A stretch of 55,570 nucleotides of DNA, from the NCBI GenBank assembly GCA_021162885.1, contig JAGGXV010000022.1, forward strand, positions 1 through 55,570. The letters run 5' to 3'. The notes under the pieces are model-generated. The model was given only the letters and a program-made list of their open reading frames with translations. It did not search any database and had not been told where the DNA came from. Below, piece after piece: positions 35,659 to 44,483 of this stretch (positions are counted from its first letter, which is position 1; every line of letters starts with the position of its first letter). This stretch comes from a bacterium. GTDB lineage: Bacteria > Patescibacteriota > Minisyncoccia > Minisyncoccales > CG1-02-41-26. The position numbers were made by a program, and so were the translations under genes.

Positions 35659-36774
35659 TTACTCACTTCCTGACTTCTGGCAAATTTCAACAATGGCGAG
35701 TTCCAGAGGAAGTTGCGGGATTGAGGAGAATTTCATCTTATTTTCAGCTTCCATAAATTTTTCAAGGATTTGCTGAAGTTCCATATCAGAAAAACTTTTT
35801 GCCAAGTTTTTAACTTCTTCTTTTTCTTCTTGGGAGAGGCCGAAAAATAAGGGATTTTGAAATTGAGAATCAATTTTTAAAAGAAGAATTTCCCTTAGGT
35901 ATTGAATTAATGATTTGGTAAACTCCTTGAGGTCAATTCCTTTGAAAATAATTTCGTTCAAAAACTCAACAGCCTCTTTGGCTTTTTTTTGATTGAGAAA
36001 ATTCAAAAACTTGAAAATAACTGCTTTGTCAGCAATCCCCAAAAGTTTTTCAACGATTTCTTTTCTAACTTCTCTGTCTTTGCCAGAAAAGCTGACAACT
36101 TCATCCAAAAGGGATTCGGCATCCCGGATTGAACCGGTAGCTGAAAGAGCAATCAAATTTAAGGCCTCTTTTTCAAAATTTATTTTCTCTTTTTTCAAAA
36201 TTGTTTCCAGTCTGTCAATAATTTCTGACACTTTCAATCTTCGGAAATCAAATCTCTGGCATCTTGAAACAATAGTTGGAATCATTTTATGGGCTTCAGT
36301 GGTAGCCAAAACAAAAATAGCGTGCGAAGGCGGCTCTTCCAGGGTCTTCAACAAAGCATTAGCGGCCTCTCTAGTTAACTGGTGGGACTCGTCAATTATA
36401 AAAACTTTATATTTTGATTTTGTTGGCACAAACCTGATGCCCTCTCTCAAATCCCTTATTTCGTCAATCCCTCGGTTACTGGCAGCGTCAATTTCAATCA
36501 AATCAATAGCATTTCCCTGATTGATTTCTGCGCAAGAATCACACTGGTTGCAAGGCTCAGCTTCCCCTTCTTTTCGATTTTTGCAATTGACGGCTTTAGC
36601 TAAAAGTCGAGCCAAAGTGGTCTTACCAACTCCGCGCGGGCCGGCAAACAAATAAGCGTGAGAAACCATTCCCGAAGAAATCGCATTACTCAGCGTTCTA
36701 ACCACATGCTCTTGCCCTACAATTTCAGCAAAGGTTTTTGGTCTGTACTTTCTGTATAATACTAAATTTGTCAT
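35659..36774 (-). CDS. dnaX: DNA polymerase III subunit gamma/tau
   Basis: LYRKYRP, GPRGVGKTT, EIDAAS, IIDESH, NALLKTLEEPP, SRCQ. Confidence 0.97.
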   Translation of the reverse strand: MTNLVLYRKYRPKTFAEIVGQEHVVRTLSNAISSGMVSHAYLFAGPRGVGKTTLARLLAKAVNCKNRKEGEAEPCNQCDSCAEINQGNAIDLIEIDAASNRGIDEIRDLREGIRFVPTKSKYKVFIIDESHQLTREAANALLKTLEEPPSHAIFVLATTEAHKMIPTIVSRCQRFDFRRLKVSEIIDRLETILKKEKINFEKEALNLIALSATGSIRDAESLLDEVVSFSGKDREVRKEIVEKLLGIADKAVIFKFLNFLNQKKAKEAVEFLNEIIFKGIDLKEFTKSLIQYLREILLLKIDSQFQNPLFFGLSQEEKEEVKNLAKSFSDMELQQILEKFMEAENKMKFSSIPQLPLELAIVEICQKSGSE

Positions 36775-36802
36775 AAATTTTATTCATTTTATTCGTCTAC
36801 CC

Positions 36803-36860
36803 ACCCCGTTAGATAATTTCGCTTTTAGCAAAATTCCTGCTTTACAGGATTTAACAGGGT
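36803..36860. repeat. REP-like element with terminal inverted repeats, nested in an ACGAATT element
   Basis: ACCCCGTTAGA ... TTTAACAGGGT enclosing two small hairpins; flanked by ATTCGT and ATTCGTAATTCGTAG. Confidence 0.6.
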
Positions 36861-36885
36861 AAATGAAAATTCGTAATTCGTAGAG

Positions 36886-37536
36886 TTATTTTTTAAATAT
36901 AATAAATTTGTAGCTTGAAAAGTTCCAGATGCAAGCACAAAGAACGGCTACAAAAGCTCCGATATTTGCCCAGATTAGCGGAGAAATTCCCAGCTTTGGG
37001 CCTATAACATTAACAATCAGAGAAGCCACTCCAACATTTATTAAAAAGCCAATTCCAGTTGCTAAATAAAATTTAGAAAACTCCCCTGCCCCAACTTTGG
37101 TTTCTTTCTTTTGAAAGGTCCAGAATTTATTCCAAAGATAAGAATTAAAAGTTGCTGAACTGAAAGAGATTGCTTTAAAAACCGAATACTCCCAACCAGC
37201 CATGGTTTGACTGAGCCACATCAGAAGATTCAAAACTCCAAAATCAATAAAGGTATTCAGAGAACCAACTAAAGCGAATTTAAAAAATTGAAAAATGGCA
37301 ACTACTCTTTCTTTAAAAAGTGAACCCACTAAAATGTAGATTAAAGCTAACAAAGGCAAGATTATTGGTAAAAATTTTAGAGCAAAATTTAAAGGAACAA
37401 ACAAAAACCCCATTCTTACCTTCTGAAGAAAATTTGCTAAATCAAAACCAATTGCCCTGAGAATTGCCAATAGCAACCAAGCATCGGCTTCAGCAATAAT
37501 AATTGGCGCTATAATATCAACTTTCTTTAAACGCAT
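36886..37536 (-). CDS. GtrA-family membrane protein
   Basis: QFFKFALVGSLNTFIDF, NSYLWNKFWTF, WNFSSYKFIIF. Confidence 0.9.
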   Translation of the reverse strand: MRLKKVDIIAPIIIAEADAWLLLAILRAIGFDLANFLQKVRMGFLFVPLNFALKFLPIILPLLALIYILVGSLFKERVVAIFQFFKFALVGSLNTFIDFGVLNLLMWLSQTMAGWEYSVFKAISFSSATFNSYLWNKFWTFQKKETKVGAGEFSKFYLATGIGFLINVGVASLIVNVIGPKLGISPLIWANIGAFVAVLCACIWNFSSYKFIIFKK

Positions 37537-37650
37537 ATTTAATCATTTTAGCAAAAGAAAGTTAACATAGCAAGACAAAATTATCACTCAACCACAATTC
37601 CATAACTCTCCCCGATCCTGAACTTTTGTAGAAAATAAAGTTTAATTTAA

Positions 37651-37695
37651 AAGTCCCCGAATAGTACTCGAAACTAATTACGATTACGGGGACTT
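37651..37695. terminator. Terminator-like hairpin of cassette A
   Basis: AAGTCCCCG ... CGGGGACTT. Confidence 0.6.
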
Positions 37696-37836
37696 ATATT
37701 TATCTTTTGATTTTGATTCCTCTCCGGAATCATGGCAGAGATATAACTGCGAGGAAACTTTACCGCCCTTTCTCACCGCCGTATGGTTTTAGCGGGAATC
37801 ACGGCTTACGACCCTTCCCAGGACCGGGTAGAACTT

Positions 37837-38202
37837 CTATTCTACCTTCACTGTAGCTTTTCCATCCAGTGCGGCTTGAAGAATTCTCCCGATAGCCCCT
37901 GTTTCATTAGAAGCAAAATACTGAATTGAATTTTCCCCTGCCTTTTCAGGTAAAGGTATAATCTCAATCCATTCCTTACGAGTTCTATCCCAGAGATCTA
38001 CGCTTCTCGATCTTACTCTCATCTTTAGCTTGCCAATTCCTTTAAAGTCAGCAGTCAAATTAATTTGTGCGTTCGCTTTTTCCGCTCGTTCAATAAGTTC
38101 TTCAAGAAGATTAGTACGTTTCTGTTCTTTAGTTTGGACTTCCTGTTTCTGTTGTTCCTTCTCTGCGAGCAACTGATCCACTTTTTTAAGAAACTCTTCC
38201 AT
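37837..38202 (-). CDS. Orphan hypothetical protein (cassette A cargo)
   Basis: 121-aa ORF with AAGGAGGTGA SD, downstream of a consensus promoter. Confidence 0.7.
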   Translation of the reverse strand: MEEFLKKVDQLLAEKEQQKQEVQTKEQKRTNLLEELIERAEKANAQINLTADFKGIGKLKMRVRSRSVDLWDRTRKEWIEIIPLPEKAGENSIQYFASNETGAIGRILQAALDGKATVKVE

Positions 38203-38280
38203 CCCTTATCACCTCCTTTTAAATTCTAGATTTTTTCATTAAATCCCGTGAATAGAATTGATCTTAGCTACTTCTTTAGT

Positions 38281-38364
38281 TTTTAATTTGCTGTCTCAAG
38301 AATTAAGTATCTTTATTTCTTTGAGAGATTTGCATCATATCAAAAATATTTTATTCTGTCAAGG
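38281..38364 (-). promoter_or_regulatory. Promoter + 5' stem-loop module A
   Basis: TTGACA(38362-38357)-N17-TATGAT, then TCTCAA...TTGAGA hairpin; homologous to 39012-39109. Confidence 0.8.
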
Positions 38365-38476
38365 CCGATGAATGGTTCAGGACCTTGGAAACATCTAGAG
38401 AAATTGGTATAAAATTCCATAATTTTGCATGATCGTGAAGAATAGTAGAATGAAAGAAGCTAACTAAAATCAAAAA

Positions 38477-38510
38477 GTCCTCCTCAGATGCTCGAAATCT
38501 TGGGGAGGAC
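38477..38510. terminator. Terminator-like hairpin of cassette B
   Basis: GTCCTCCTCAGAT ... ATCTTGGGGAGGAC with T tract on the minus strand. Confidence 0.65.
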
Positions 38511-38527
38511 CTAGAGAATGACTCAAG

Positions 38528-38782
38528 CTACTTCCATAATCTCATACATTGTACCTCCACGGGATCAGCCGGTGTATCTCCACAATTGGGGACCTCGAAC
38601 GGTTCCTCAATCATTATCAGTCCTCGACCACGTATCCAACGGAACTCAGCTTCACAAAAAGGGCACTCATAGTCGGCTGTCACACTGGTCCAGTATCGTC
38701 TCCCTGTGCTTTTATCCTTAAGTTCTTCAGCTACTTCAGTATCGACTAATTCCAAATTACACCCGCAAATCGGGCATAGCAT
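38528..38782 (-). CDS. Small Zn-ribbon protein (cassette B cargo)
   Basis: CPICG ... CPFCE; AAAGGAGGTG SD in front of ATG 38782. Confidence 0.7.
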   Translation of the reverse strand: MLCPICGCNLELVDTEVAEELKDKSTGRRYWTSVTADYECPFCEAEFRWIRGRGLIMIEEPFEVPNCGDTPADPVEVQCMRLWK

Positions 38783-38819
38783 AACAAACACCTCCTTTAA
38801 TTTTTAATATATTTACATA

Positions 38820-38996
38820 TTACCTTCTCCATACCTTATAATATCTCAGATCTAATCCAAATAGAATCGAGATACCCACTCCTATCTTTGCTAACATTCT
38901 AAGCCACACAGGTTCAATAATATCCACACTAGGAACCAATAAAATTCCAAAAAAGACTAAAAACCCTGACAGAAAATTCATTAAATTCCTTAACAT
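38820..38996 (-). CDS. Small two-TM membrane protein (cassette B cargo)
   Basis: Two hydrophobic segments; AAGGAGG SD in front of ATG 38996. Confidence 0.65.
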   Translation of the reverse strand: MLRNLMNFLSGFLVFFGILLVPSVDIIEPVWLRMLAKIGVGISILFGLDLRYYKVWRR

Positions 38997-39011
38997 TTTC
39001 AACCTCCTTAA

Positions 39012-39109
39012 TTTTTAATTTACTCCGTTTCAAGAGTTTCAAGAGTTAAAAATCTCTATTCTCTTGAGACGCATCTACATTATAGCAAATATATTTCGTT
39101 ATGTCAAGG
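39012..39109 (-). promoter_or_regulatory. Promoter + 5' stem-loop module B
   Basis: TTGACA(39107-39102)-N17-TATAAT, then GTCTCAAGAG...CTCTTGAAAC hairpin. Confidence 0.8.
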
Positions 39110-39146
39110 GTTGCAGTTTTGGAGGCGCTAGTGTATTATTATATAT

Positions 39147-40544
39147 ATGCTCAAAATTTACAATACGCTTTCGCGAAAAAAAGAAGTTTTCAAACCGCGA
39201 AAAGATAAAAAAGTAAACATTTTTGTTTGTGGGCCAACGGTTTATGATTACTCGCATTTAGGTCATGCCAGAACCTATCTCTGTTATGATATGCTGGTTC
39301 GTTATTTGAAATTTCTGGGCTACAAAGTTTTTTATTTGCAAAACATCACAGACATTGACGATAAAATTATAAAAAGAGCCAAAGAAAAAAAGAAAAGTTG
39401 GAAAGAGATTGCTCGATTTTTTGAAAAAGAATACTTAAAAGATATGCGCTCATTAAAGATTGAGAGTGTCACAAAATACGCCCGAGCGACCGAGCATATC
39501 AAAGAAATTCAAAGCCAAGTGAAAAGGTTGTTAGAAAAAGGATATGCCTATCAAATAAAAGATGGAATTTACTATAACATTAAAAAATTTAAAGATTATG
39601 GAAAATTGTCCAGGAGAACAGTTGAACAAGCCGAAGACTCCACTTCTCGGATTGATATAGCCCACAAAAAAAGAAATAAAGGAGATTTTTGCTTGTGGAA
39701 ATTCTCCAAACCAGGGGAACCTGTCTGGAAGAGTCCCTGGGGCGATGGCCGACCTGGTTGGCATATTGAAGATACCGCCATTGCTGAAAAATATTTTGGA
39801 CTCCAATATGATATTCACGGAGGTGCCAGAGATTTGATTTTTCCCCATCACGAAGCAGAAATCGCTCAGATGGAAGCAATTTCCGGAAAAAAACCAATGG
39901 TTAAATATTGGATTCACACCGGTTTTTTAACGGTAGATGGTCAAAAAATGGCAAAATCCTTGGGCAATTTTATTACCATAAAGGATTTTCTAAAAAAATA
40001 TTCGCCTAGTGTTTTAAGATTTATTGTTTTTTCCTCCCATTATCGCTCCCCTCTTGATTACTCAGACACATTAACAAAAGAAGCCAAAATAAATTTAGAA
40101 AGATTAGAAGAATTTTTAAAGCGACTGAAAGCAACAAAAGGAAAGCTGGCAAAAAGCAACAAAAAAATAATAAAAAATTTTGAAAAAAAATTTCTTCAGG
40201 CTCTAAAGGATGATTTTAACACACCAAAAGCTAAAGGGCTTCTTTTTAATTTTGTCGCCAAAATCAACAAAAAAATTGACAAGGACCAAATTTCCCAAAG
40301 CCAGGCAAAAGAGATTTATAATTTTTTCAAAAAGCAAAACAAAATTTTTGGATTTTTGGACTTCCAGAAAATTGAGAAAAAACATGCCTTGCCGAAAGAA
40401 GTCAAAAAATTAGTCGAACTTCGCGAAAAATACAGAACTCAGAAAAATTGGCTCCGAGCCGACCAAATCCGCAAAAAAATCCACCATCTCGGCTACCAAA
40501 TTGAAGACACCAAAAAAGGCCCCAAAGTAAAGAAGATTAAGTGA
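39147..40544 (+). CDS. cysS: Cysteine--tRNA ligase
   Basis: VCGPTVYD, HLGHAR, GRPGWHIE, HGG..DL.FPHH, KMAKS. Confidence 0.98.
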   Translation: MLKIYNTLSRKKEVFKPRKDKKVNIFVCGPTVYDYSHLGHARTYLCYDMLVRYLKFLGYKVFYLQNITDIDDKIIKRAKEKKKSWKEIARFFEKEYLKDMRSLKIESVTKYARATEHIKEIQSQVKRLLEKGYAYQIKDGIYYNIKKFKDYGKLSRRTVEQAEDSTSRIDIAHKKRNKGDFCLWKFSKPGEPVWKSPWGDGRPGWHIEDTAIAEKYFGLQYDIHGGARDLIFPHHEAEIAQMEAISGKKPMVKYWIHTGFLTVDGQKMAKSLGNFITIKDFLKKYSPSVLRFIVFSSHYRSPLDYSDTLTKEAKINLERLEEFLKRLKATKGKLAKSNKKIIKNFEKKFLQALKDDFNTPKAKGLLFNFVAKINKKIDKDQISQSQAKEIYNFFKKQNKIFGFLDFQKIEKKHALPKEVKKLVELREKYRTQKNWLRADQIRKKIHHLGYQIEDTKKGPKVKKIK

Positions 40545-40583
40545 TTGAGTCATCAAGTGATTAAGTGGTTGAGAAAAAAATAC

Positions 40584-40610
40584 GGGTGTTCCTCATTTTG
40601 AGAAACACCC
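40584..40610. terminator. Bidirectional terminator after cysS
   Basis: GGGTGTTCCTCA-TTT-TGAGAAACACCC with T/A tracts on both sides. Confidence 0.75.
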
Positions 40611-40727
40611 TTTTTTTAATTGGTTTGTTTCGTTAATTCACTTTAATTTATTTTCAGTAATATTATTTCTTCACAGTAATCAGATAAAATAAAACCTGGT
40701 ATGCCTTTTTTAAATTTAAAGTACCTT

Positions 40728-40795
40728 ATTATACCAAAAAAGCCAAAAATGTCAAAAAACAGACATTTGACATCGGAGGTTTGGGAAATTATAAT
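40728..40795. promoter_or_regulatory. Back-to-back consensus sigma70 promoters
   Basis: Minus: TTGACA(40755-40750)-N16-TATAAT(40733-40728); plus: TTGACA(40767)-N17-TATAAT(40790-40795) for dnaB. Confidence 0.75.
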
Positions 40796-40806
40796 GGAGA
40801 TGAAAT

Positions 40807-43455
40807 ATGCCCCAAGAACTTCCGGAGAAACTTCCTCCACAAAATATTGAGGCAGAAAAATCCCTCTTGGGCTGTTTGATGATTGACCCCGAAGCTATTT
40901 TAAAAGTGGTGGATTTTTTAATACCTCGTGATTTTTACAAAGATTCCCACCAAAAAATCTATCAGGCGATGGTCGACCTTTTTGAAAAAAAAGAGCCAAT
41001 TGATGTCTTGAGTATTTCTTCAAAATTGCGAGAAAAAAATCAATTAGAAGAAATTGGTGGGGCTGCTTACTTGACTTCTTTGGTAAATTTCGTGCCAACT
41101 GCTTCTCATATTTTAAATTATGCCAAAATCGTTCAGCAAAAGAGGATTTTAAGAGATTTAATCGAAGCCAGTCATGAAATCGGCATAATGGGTTACCAAG
41201 AGTCAGAGGATGTTGATGTTTTGTTAGACAGAGCGGAAAAAAAGATTTTTAGTATTGCTCAAAAATCCTTAACTCAAACCTTCACTCCAGTCAAAGAAAC
41301 TTTAGAAGATACCTTCAAGAGAATTGACGAACTCTCAAAACACAAAGGAGGATTGCGGGGCATTCCAACCGGCTTTCGAGCTTTAGACAACATTTTAGCC
41401 GGGTTGCAAAAATCCGATTTGATAATCTTGGCTGGAAGACCTTCTCTTGGCAAGTCGGCATTGGCTACGGATATCGCTCGCCATGTTGCGTGTCAGCATA
41501 AAATACCGGTTGGAATTTTTAGTTTAGAAATGTCAAAAGATCAAATCACTGATAGGTTAATCGCCGCCCAGGCTGATATTGACTTGTGGCGATTGAGAAC
41601 CGGTCGGCTTTCCGACAAAGGCGAAGACAACGATTTTAGAAGGATCCAGCAAGCAATGGGGCTTTTGTCGGAGGCGCCTATTTATATTGATGATGCTGCC
41701 GGCTCTAACATTTTGCAAATGCGGGCGATGGCAAGAAGGCTGCAAGCAGACAAGGGCTTAGGGCTTTTAATTGTTGATTATTTGCAATTAATGGAGCCAA
41801 GAAATCCGACCCAAAGTATAGTTCAGCAAGTTACCGAAAACTCAAAGGCTCTGAAAAGCTTGGCGAAAGAGCTGAATGTTCCGGTTTTGGTTCTCTCCCA
41901 ACTTTCCAGAGCGGTTGAGCAAAGAACTCCTCAAATCCCAAGGTTAGCTGACCTTCGCGAATCAGGCTGCCTAACAGGAGACACTCTTTTAACCAGAGCG
42001 GATACCGGAGAGAGAATTCCCATCAAAGAACTGGTAGGAAAAACAAACATTCCCATCCATTCTCTCGATGAGAATTGGCAAATAGTAGAAAGAAGAATTT
42101 CAAAGGTATTTTGTTCCGGTGAAAAAATGGTCTATGAGCTCAAAACTAGAAGCGGTTTTACAATTAAGGCCTCCAGCAATCATCCTTTTTGGACAGTAAA
42201 AGGATGGCGACGGCTTGACGAACTTAAAATTGGTGATCGCATTGCCACCCCCAAAGAACTAAAAATCAGCTCTCCCAAAAATGAACTTTCCGAAGATGAA
42301 ATTATTCTTTTAGCCCATCTTTTGGGTGATGGTTGTATTCTGCCTCGACAACCTTATCATTACACCAGCGCTGATATTGAAAGTATTAGAATTGTAACAG
42401 AAAAAGCTTCCAAGTTATTTGGCGTTAACCCAAGAATTATCAAACAAAAAAATTGGTGGCACGTTTATCTGCCAAGTCCTCGACATTTAACCCATAGCAA
42501 ATTTCATCCTATTACTGAATGGTATAAATCTTTAGGGATCAAGAGAGTCCATTCTTGGGAAAAAGAAATTCCTCAAAAAGTATTCTCTTTAGACAACGAA
42601 CATTTATCTTTATTCTTAAAACACCTTTGGGCAACCGATGGACATATTGGATACAGACAATGCAGAAGAAAAAATGGAAAACCTGGTAGTGAAATTGGAA
42701 CAATTTATTATGCTTCAACTAGTAAGAAAATGACAATGGCAATTAAATATCTTTTATTGAGGTTTGGCATAAGAAGCAAGATCCGCTTAAGTAAAAAAGG
42801 AAATTATAGGATCTGTTACCAAGTCCATATTGAAGGAACTGCCCATCAAATGACTTTTCTAACGAAAATAGGATGCTTTGGCAAAAAAGGAGAAATTATT
42901 CCCAAAATTATTAAAAAATTAAAACAAATTAAACCAAACCCTAACCTTGATGTTTGGCCAAAAGAGACCTGGCAGTTTATTATCAACCCAATAAGAGAAG
43001 CTAGAGGTATATCGTGGCGCGATTTTAGCAGGGGTATTAACACTGCCTATTGTGGGAGTACTCTTTTTAAACATGGCATCGGAGTAGCAAGAATGGAAAG
43101 AATAGCTCAATGCCTAAACTCGTCAATTATTGCTAATATGACGCGGGCTAATATCTTCTGGGATGAAATTGTTTCGATAAAACCTTTAGGAGTTCAAAAA
43201 GTTTACGACGCCACTGTCCCAGGACTACATAATTTTGTTGCTAATGGTATCATTGTCGAAAACAGTATCGAGCAAGATAGCGACGTAGTTTTGTTCATTT
43301 ATCGCGAAGATAAGTATAAACCAAACACCGAAAGAAAAAATATCGCCGATATCATTATTGCCAAACACCGAAACGGCCCGGTAGGTAAAGTTGAACTTTA
43401 TTTTGATGAACCAAGAGTGAGTTTTAGGGATTTAGAAAAAGGATACAGTGAATAA
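40807..43455 (+). CDS. dnaB: Replicative DNA helicase with intein
   Basis: LPPQNIEAE, GRPSLGKS, FSLEM, VDYLQL, LSQLSR, LRESG/SIEQD, AKHRNGP. Confidence 0.98.
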   Translation: MPQELPEKLPPQNIEAEKSLLGCLMIDPEAILKVVDFLIPRDFYKDSHQKIYQAMVDLFEKKEPIDVLSISSKLREKNQLEEIGGAAYLTSLVNFVPTASHILNYAKIVQQKRILRDLIEASHEIGIMGYQESEDVDVLLDRAEKKIFSIAQKSLTQTFTPVKETLEDTFKRIDELSKHKGGLRGIPTGFRALDNILAGLQKSDLIILAGRPSLGKSALATDIARHVACQHKIPVGIFSLEMSKDQITDRLIAAQADIDLWRLRTGRLSDKGEDNDFRRIQQAMGLLSEAPIYIDDAAGSNILQMRAMARRLQADKGLGLLIVDYLQLMEPRNPTQSIVQQVTENSKALKSLAKELNVPVLVLSQLSRAVEQRTPQIPRLADLRESGCLTGDTLLTRADTGERIPIKELVGKTNIPIHSLDENWQIVERRISKVFCSGEKMVYELKTRSGFTIKASSNHPFWTVKGWRRLDELKIGDRIATPKELKISSPKNELSEDEIILLAHLLGDGCILPRQPYHYTSADIESIRIVTEKASKLFGVNPRIIKQKNWWHVYLPSPRHLTHSKFHPITEWYKSLGIKRVHSWEKEIPQKVFSLDNEHLSLFLKHLWATDGHIGYRQCRRKNGKPGSEIGTIYYASTSKKMTMAIKYLLLRFGIRSKIRLSKKGNYRICYQVHIEGTAHQMTFLTKIGCFGKKGEIIPKIIKKLKQIKPNPNLDVWPKETWQFIINPIREARGISWRDFSRGINTAYCGSTLFKHGIGVARMERIAQCLNSSIIANMTRANIFWDEIVSIKPLGVQKVYDATVPGLHNFVANGIIVENSIEQDSDVVLFIYREDKYKPNTERKNIADIIIAKHRNGPVGKVELYFDEPRVSFRDLEKGYSE
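41968..43263 (+). mobile_element. 432-aa intein with LAGLIDADG homing endonuclease at the RESG/SIEQD site of DnaB
   Basis: Begins CLTGDT, block B SSNHPF, LAHLLGDG and LWATDG motifs, ends HNFVANGIIVEN followed by Ser. Confidence 0.95.
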
Positions 43456-43488
43456 TTTTCAATTTTCAATTTTCAATTTTCAATTTCC
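43454..43488. repeat. (AATTTTC)n heptamer array between dnaB and recR
   Basis: Four perfect copies plus one variant. Confidence 0.85.
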
Positions 43489-43491
43489 AAA

Positions 43492-44097
43492 ATGTTTTCA
43501 CCAACGGTGCAAAAACTTATTACTCTTTTTTCAAAATTTCCGACGGTTGGACCGAGAACAGCCGCTCGATTTGTTTTTTATTTAATAAAAACACCAAAAG
43601 AGAAAGTTGACGAATTGATAAAATCAATCCAAGAATTAAAAACCAAGATAAAAATTTGTCCTCGTTGCTTCAAGTCGTTTGAAGGCGAGGATGAGTTTTG
43701 CCCAATTTGTTCTGACCCACGAAGAGAAAAAAGTATAATATGTCTGGTTGAAAAAGAGGTTGATTTGGAGGCCCTTGAAAGAACTGGAAAATTCAAAGGG
43801 CTTTATTTTGTTTTAGGAGGGACAATTTCTGGTTTTGAAAAAAAGCGGGAGAAAGAAAGAATCGAAGAGCGGATTAAAAAATTACGAGAACGTATTGAGA
43901 AAGGAGAGAAAATTGAGGAAATTATTTTAGCCCTCAATCCTACACCCGAAGGACAGAATACTTCTTTGTGGTTGCAAAGAAAACTAGCTGATATAAAAGT
44001 AAAAATCACCCAGCTGGGTAAAGGATTACCAGTGGGTGGCGAATTAGAATATGCTGATGAAGAAACGCTATCTTCAGCTCTTGAAAGCAGAAAGTAA
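43492..44097 (+). CDS. recR: Recombination mediator RecR
   Basis: PTVGPRTAAR, C4 zinc finger, Toprim EIILA.NP..EG, GLPVGGELEYAD. Confidence 0.96.
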   Translation: MFSPTVQKLITLFSKFPTVGPRTAARFVFYLIKTPKEKVDELIKSIQELKTKIKICPRCFKSFEGEDEFCPICSDPRREKSIICLVEKEVDLEALERTGKFKGLYFVLGGTISGFEKKREKERIEERIKKLRERIEKGEKIEEIILALNPTPEGQNTSLWLQRKLADIKVKITQLGKGLPVGGELEYADEETLSSALESRK

Positions 44098-44145
44098 ATT
44101 ATGAATTATGAATAAATAGTGAGGGACTAAAAATTCCCCCAATTC

Positions 44146-44469
44146 CTAATTCTTGTTTCCTAATTCTATTTTTGTGATTTCCACTTCAGTATAGGGTTGT
44201 CTATGACCCTGCTTTTTTTTGTAACGTTTTTTGGGCTTATATTTGAAGATAATTACTTTTTCACCCTTTCCTTGTTTTAATACTTTACCAATAACCTTTG
44301 CTCCCTTAACTTTTGGGGTACCAATTTCCACTTTTTTGTTTTTTTCCAATAATAAAATATCGCTGAAGACAACTTCTTCGCCCTCTTTTTTCTCAATTTT
44401 CTCAATTTTTATTTTATCACCTGGCGAAACAAGATATTGTTTACCACCAGTTCGAATAACTGCTAGCAT
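44146..44469 (-). CDS. rplU: 50S ribosomal protein L21
   Basis: AVIRTGGKQY, KYKPKKRY, GHRQPYT. Confidence 0.98.
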   Translation of the reverse strand: MLAVIRTGGKQYLVSPGDKIKIEKIEKKEGEEVVFSDILLLEKNKKVEIGTPKVKGAKVIGKVLKQGKGEKVIIFKYKPKKRYKKKQGHRQPYTEVEITKIELGNKN

Positions 44470-44483
44470 ATTAAGAAAGACGA

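Noticed and set aside
35659..36774. dnaX truncated or frameshifted (371 aa)
   Set aside because: Ends cleanly after domain III with no downstream continuation; short forms are expected in reduced genomes
40643..40840. 65-aa minus-strand ORF
   Set aside because: Overlaps the dnaB start and both promoters, has no SD and no recognisable motif
44146..44469. Separation of rplU from rpmA
   Set aside because: Simple loss of synteny with no further signal
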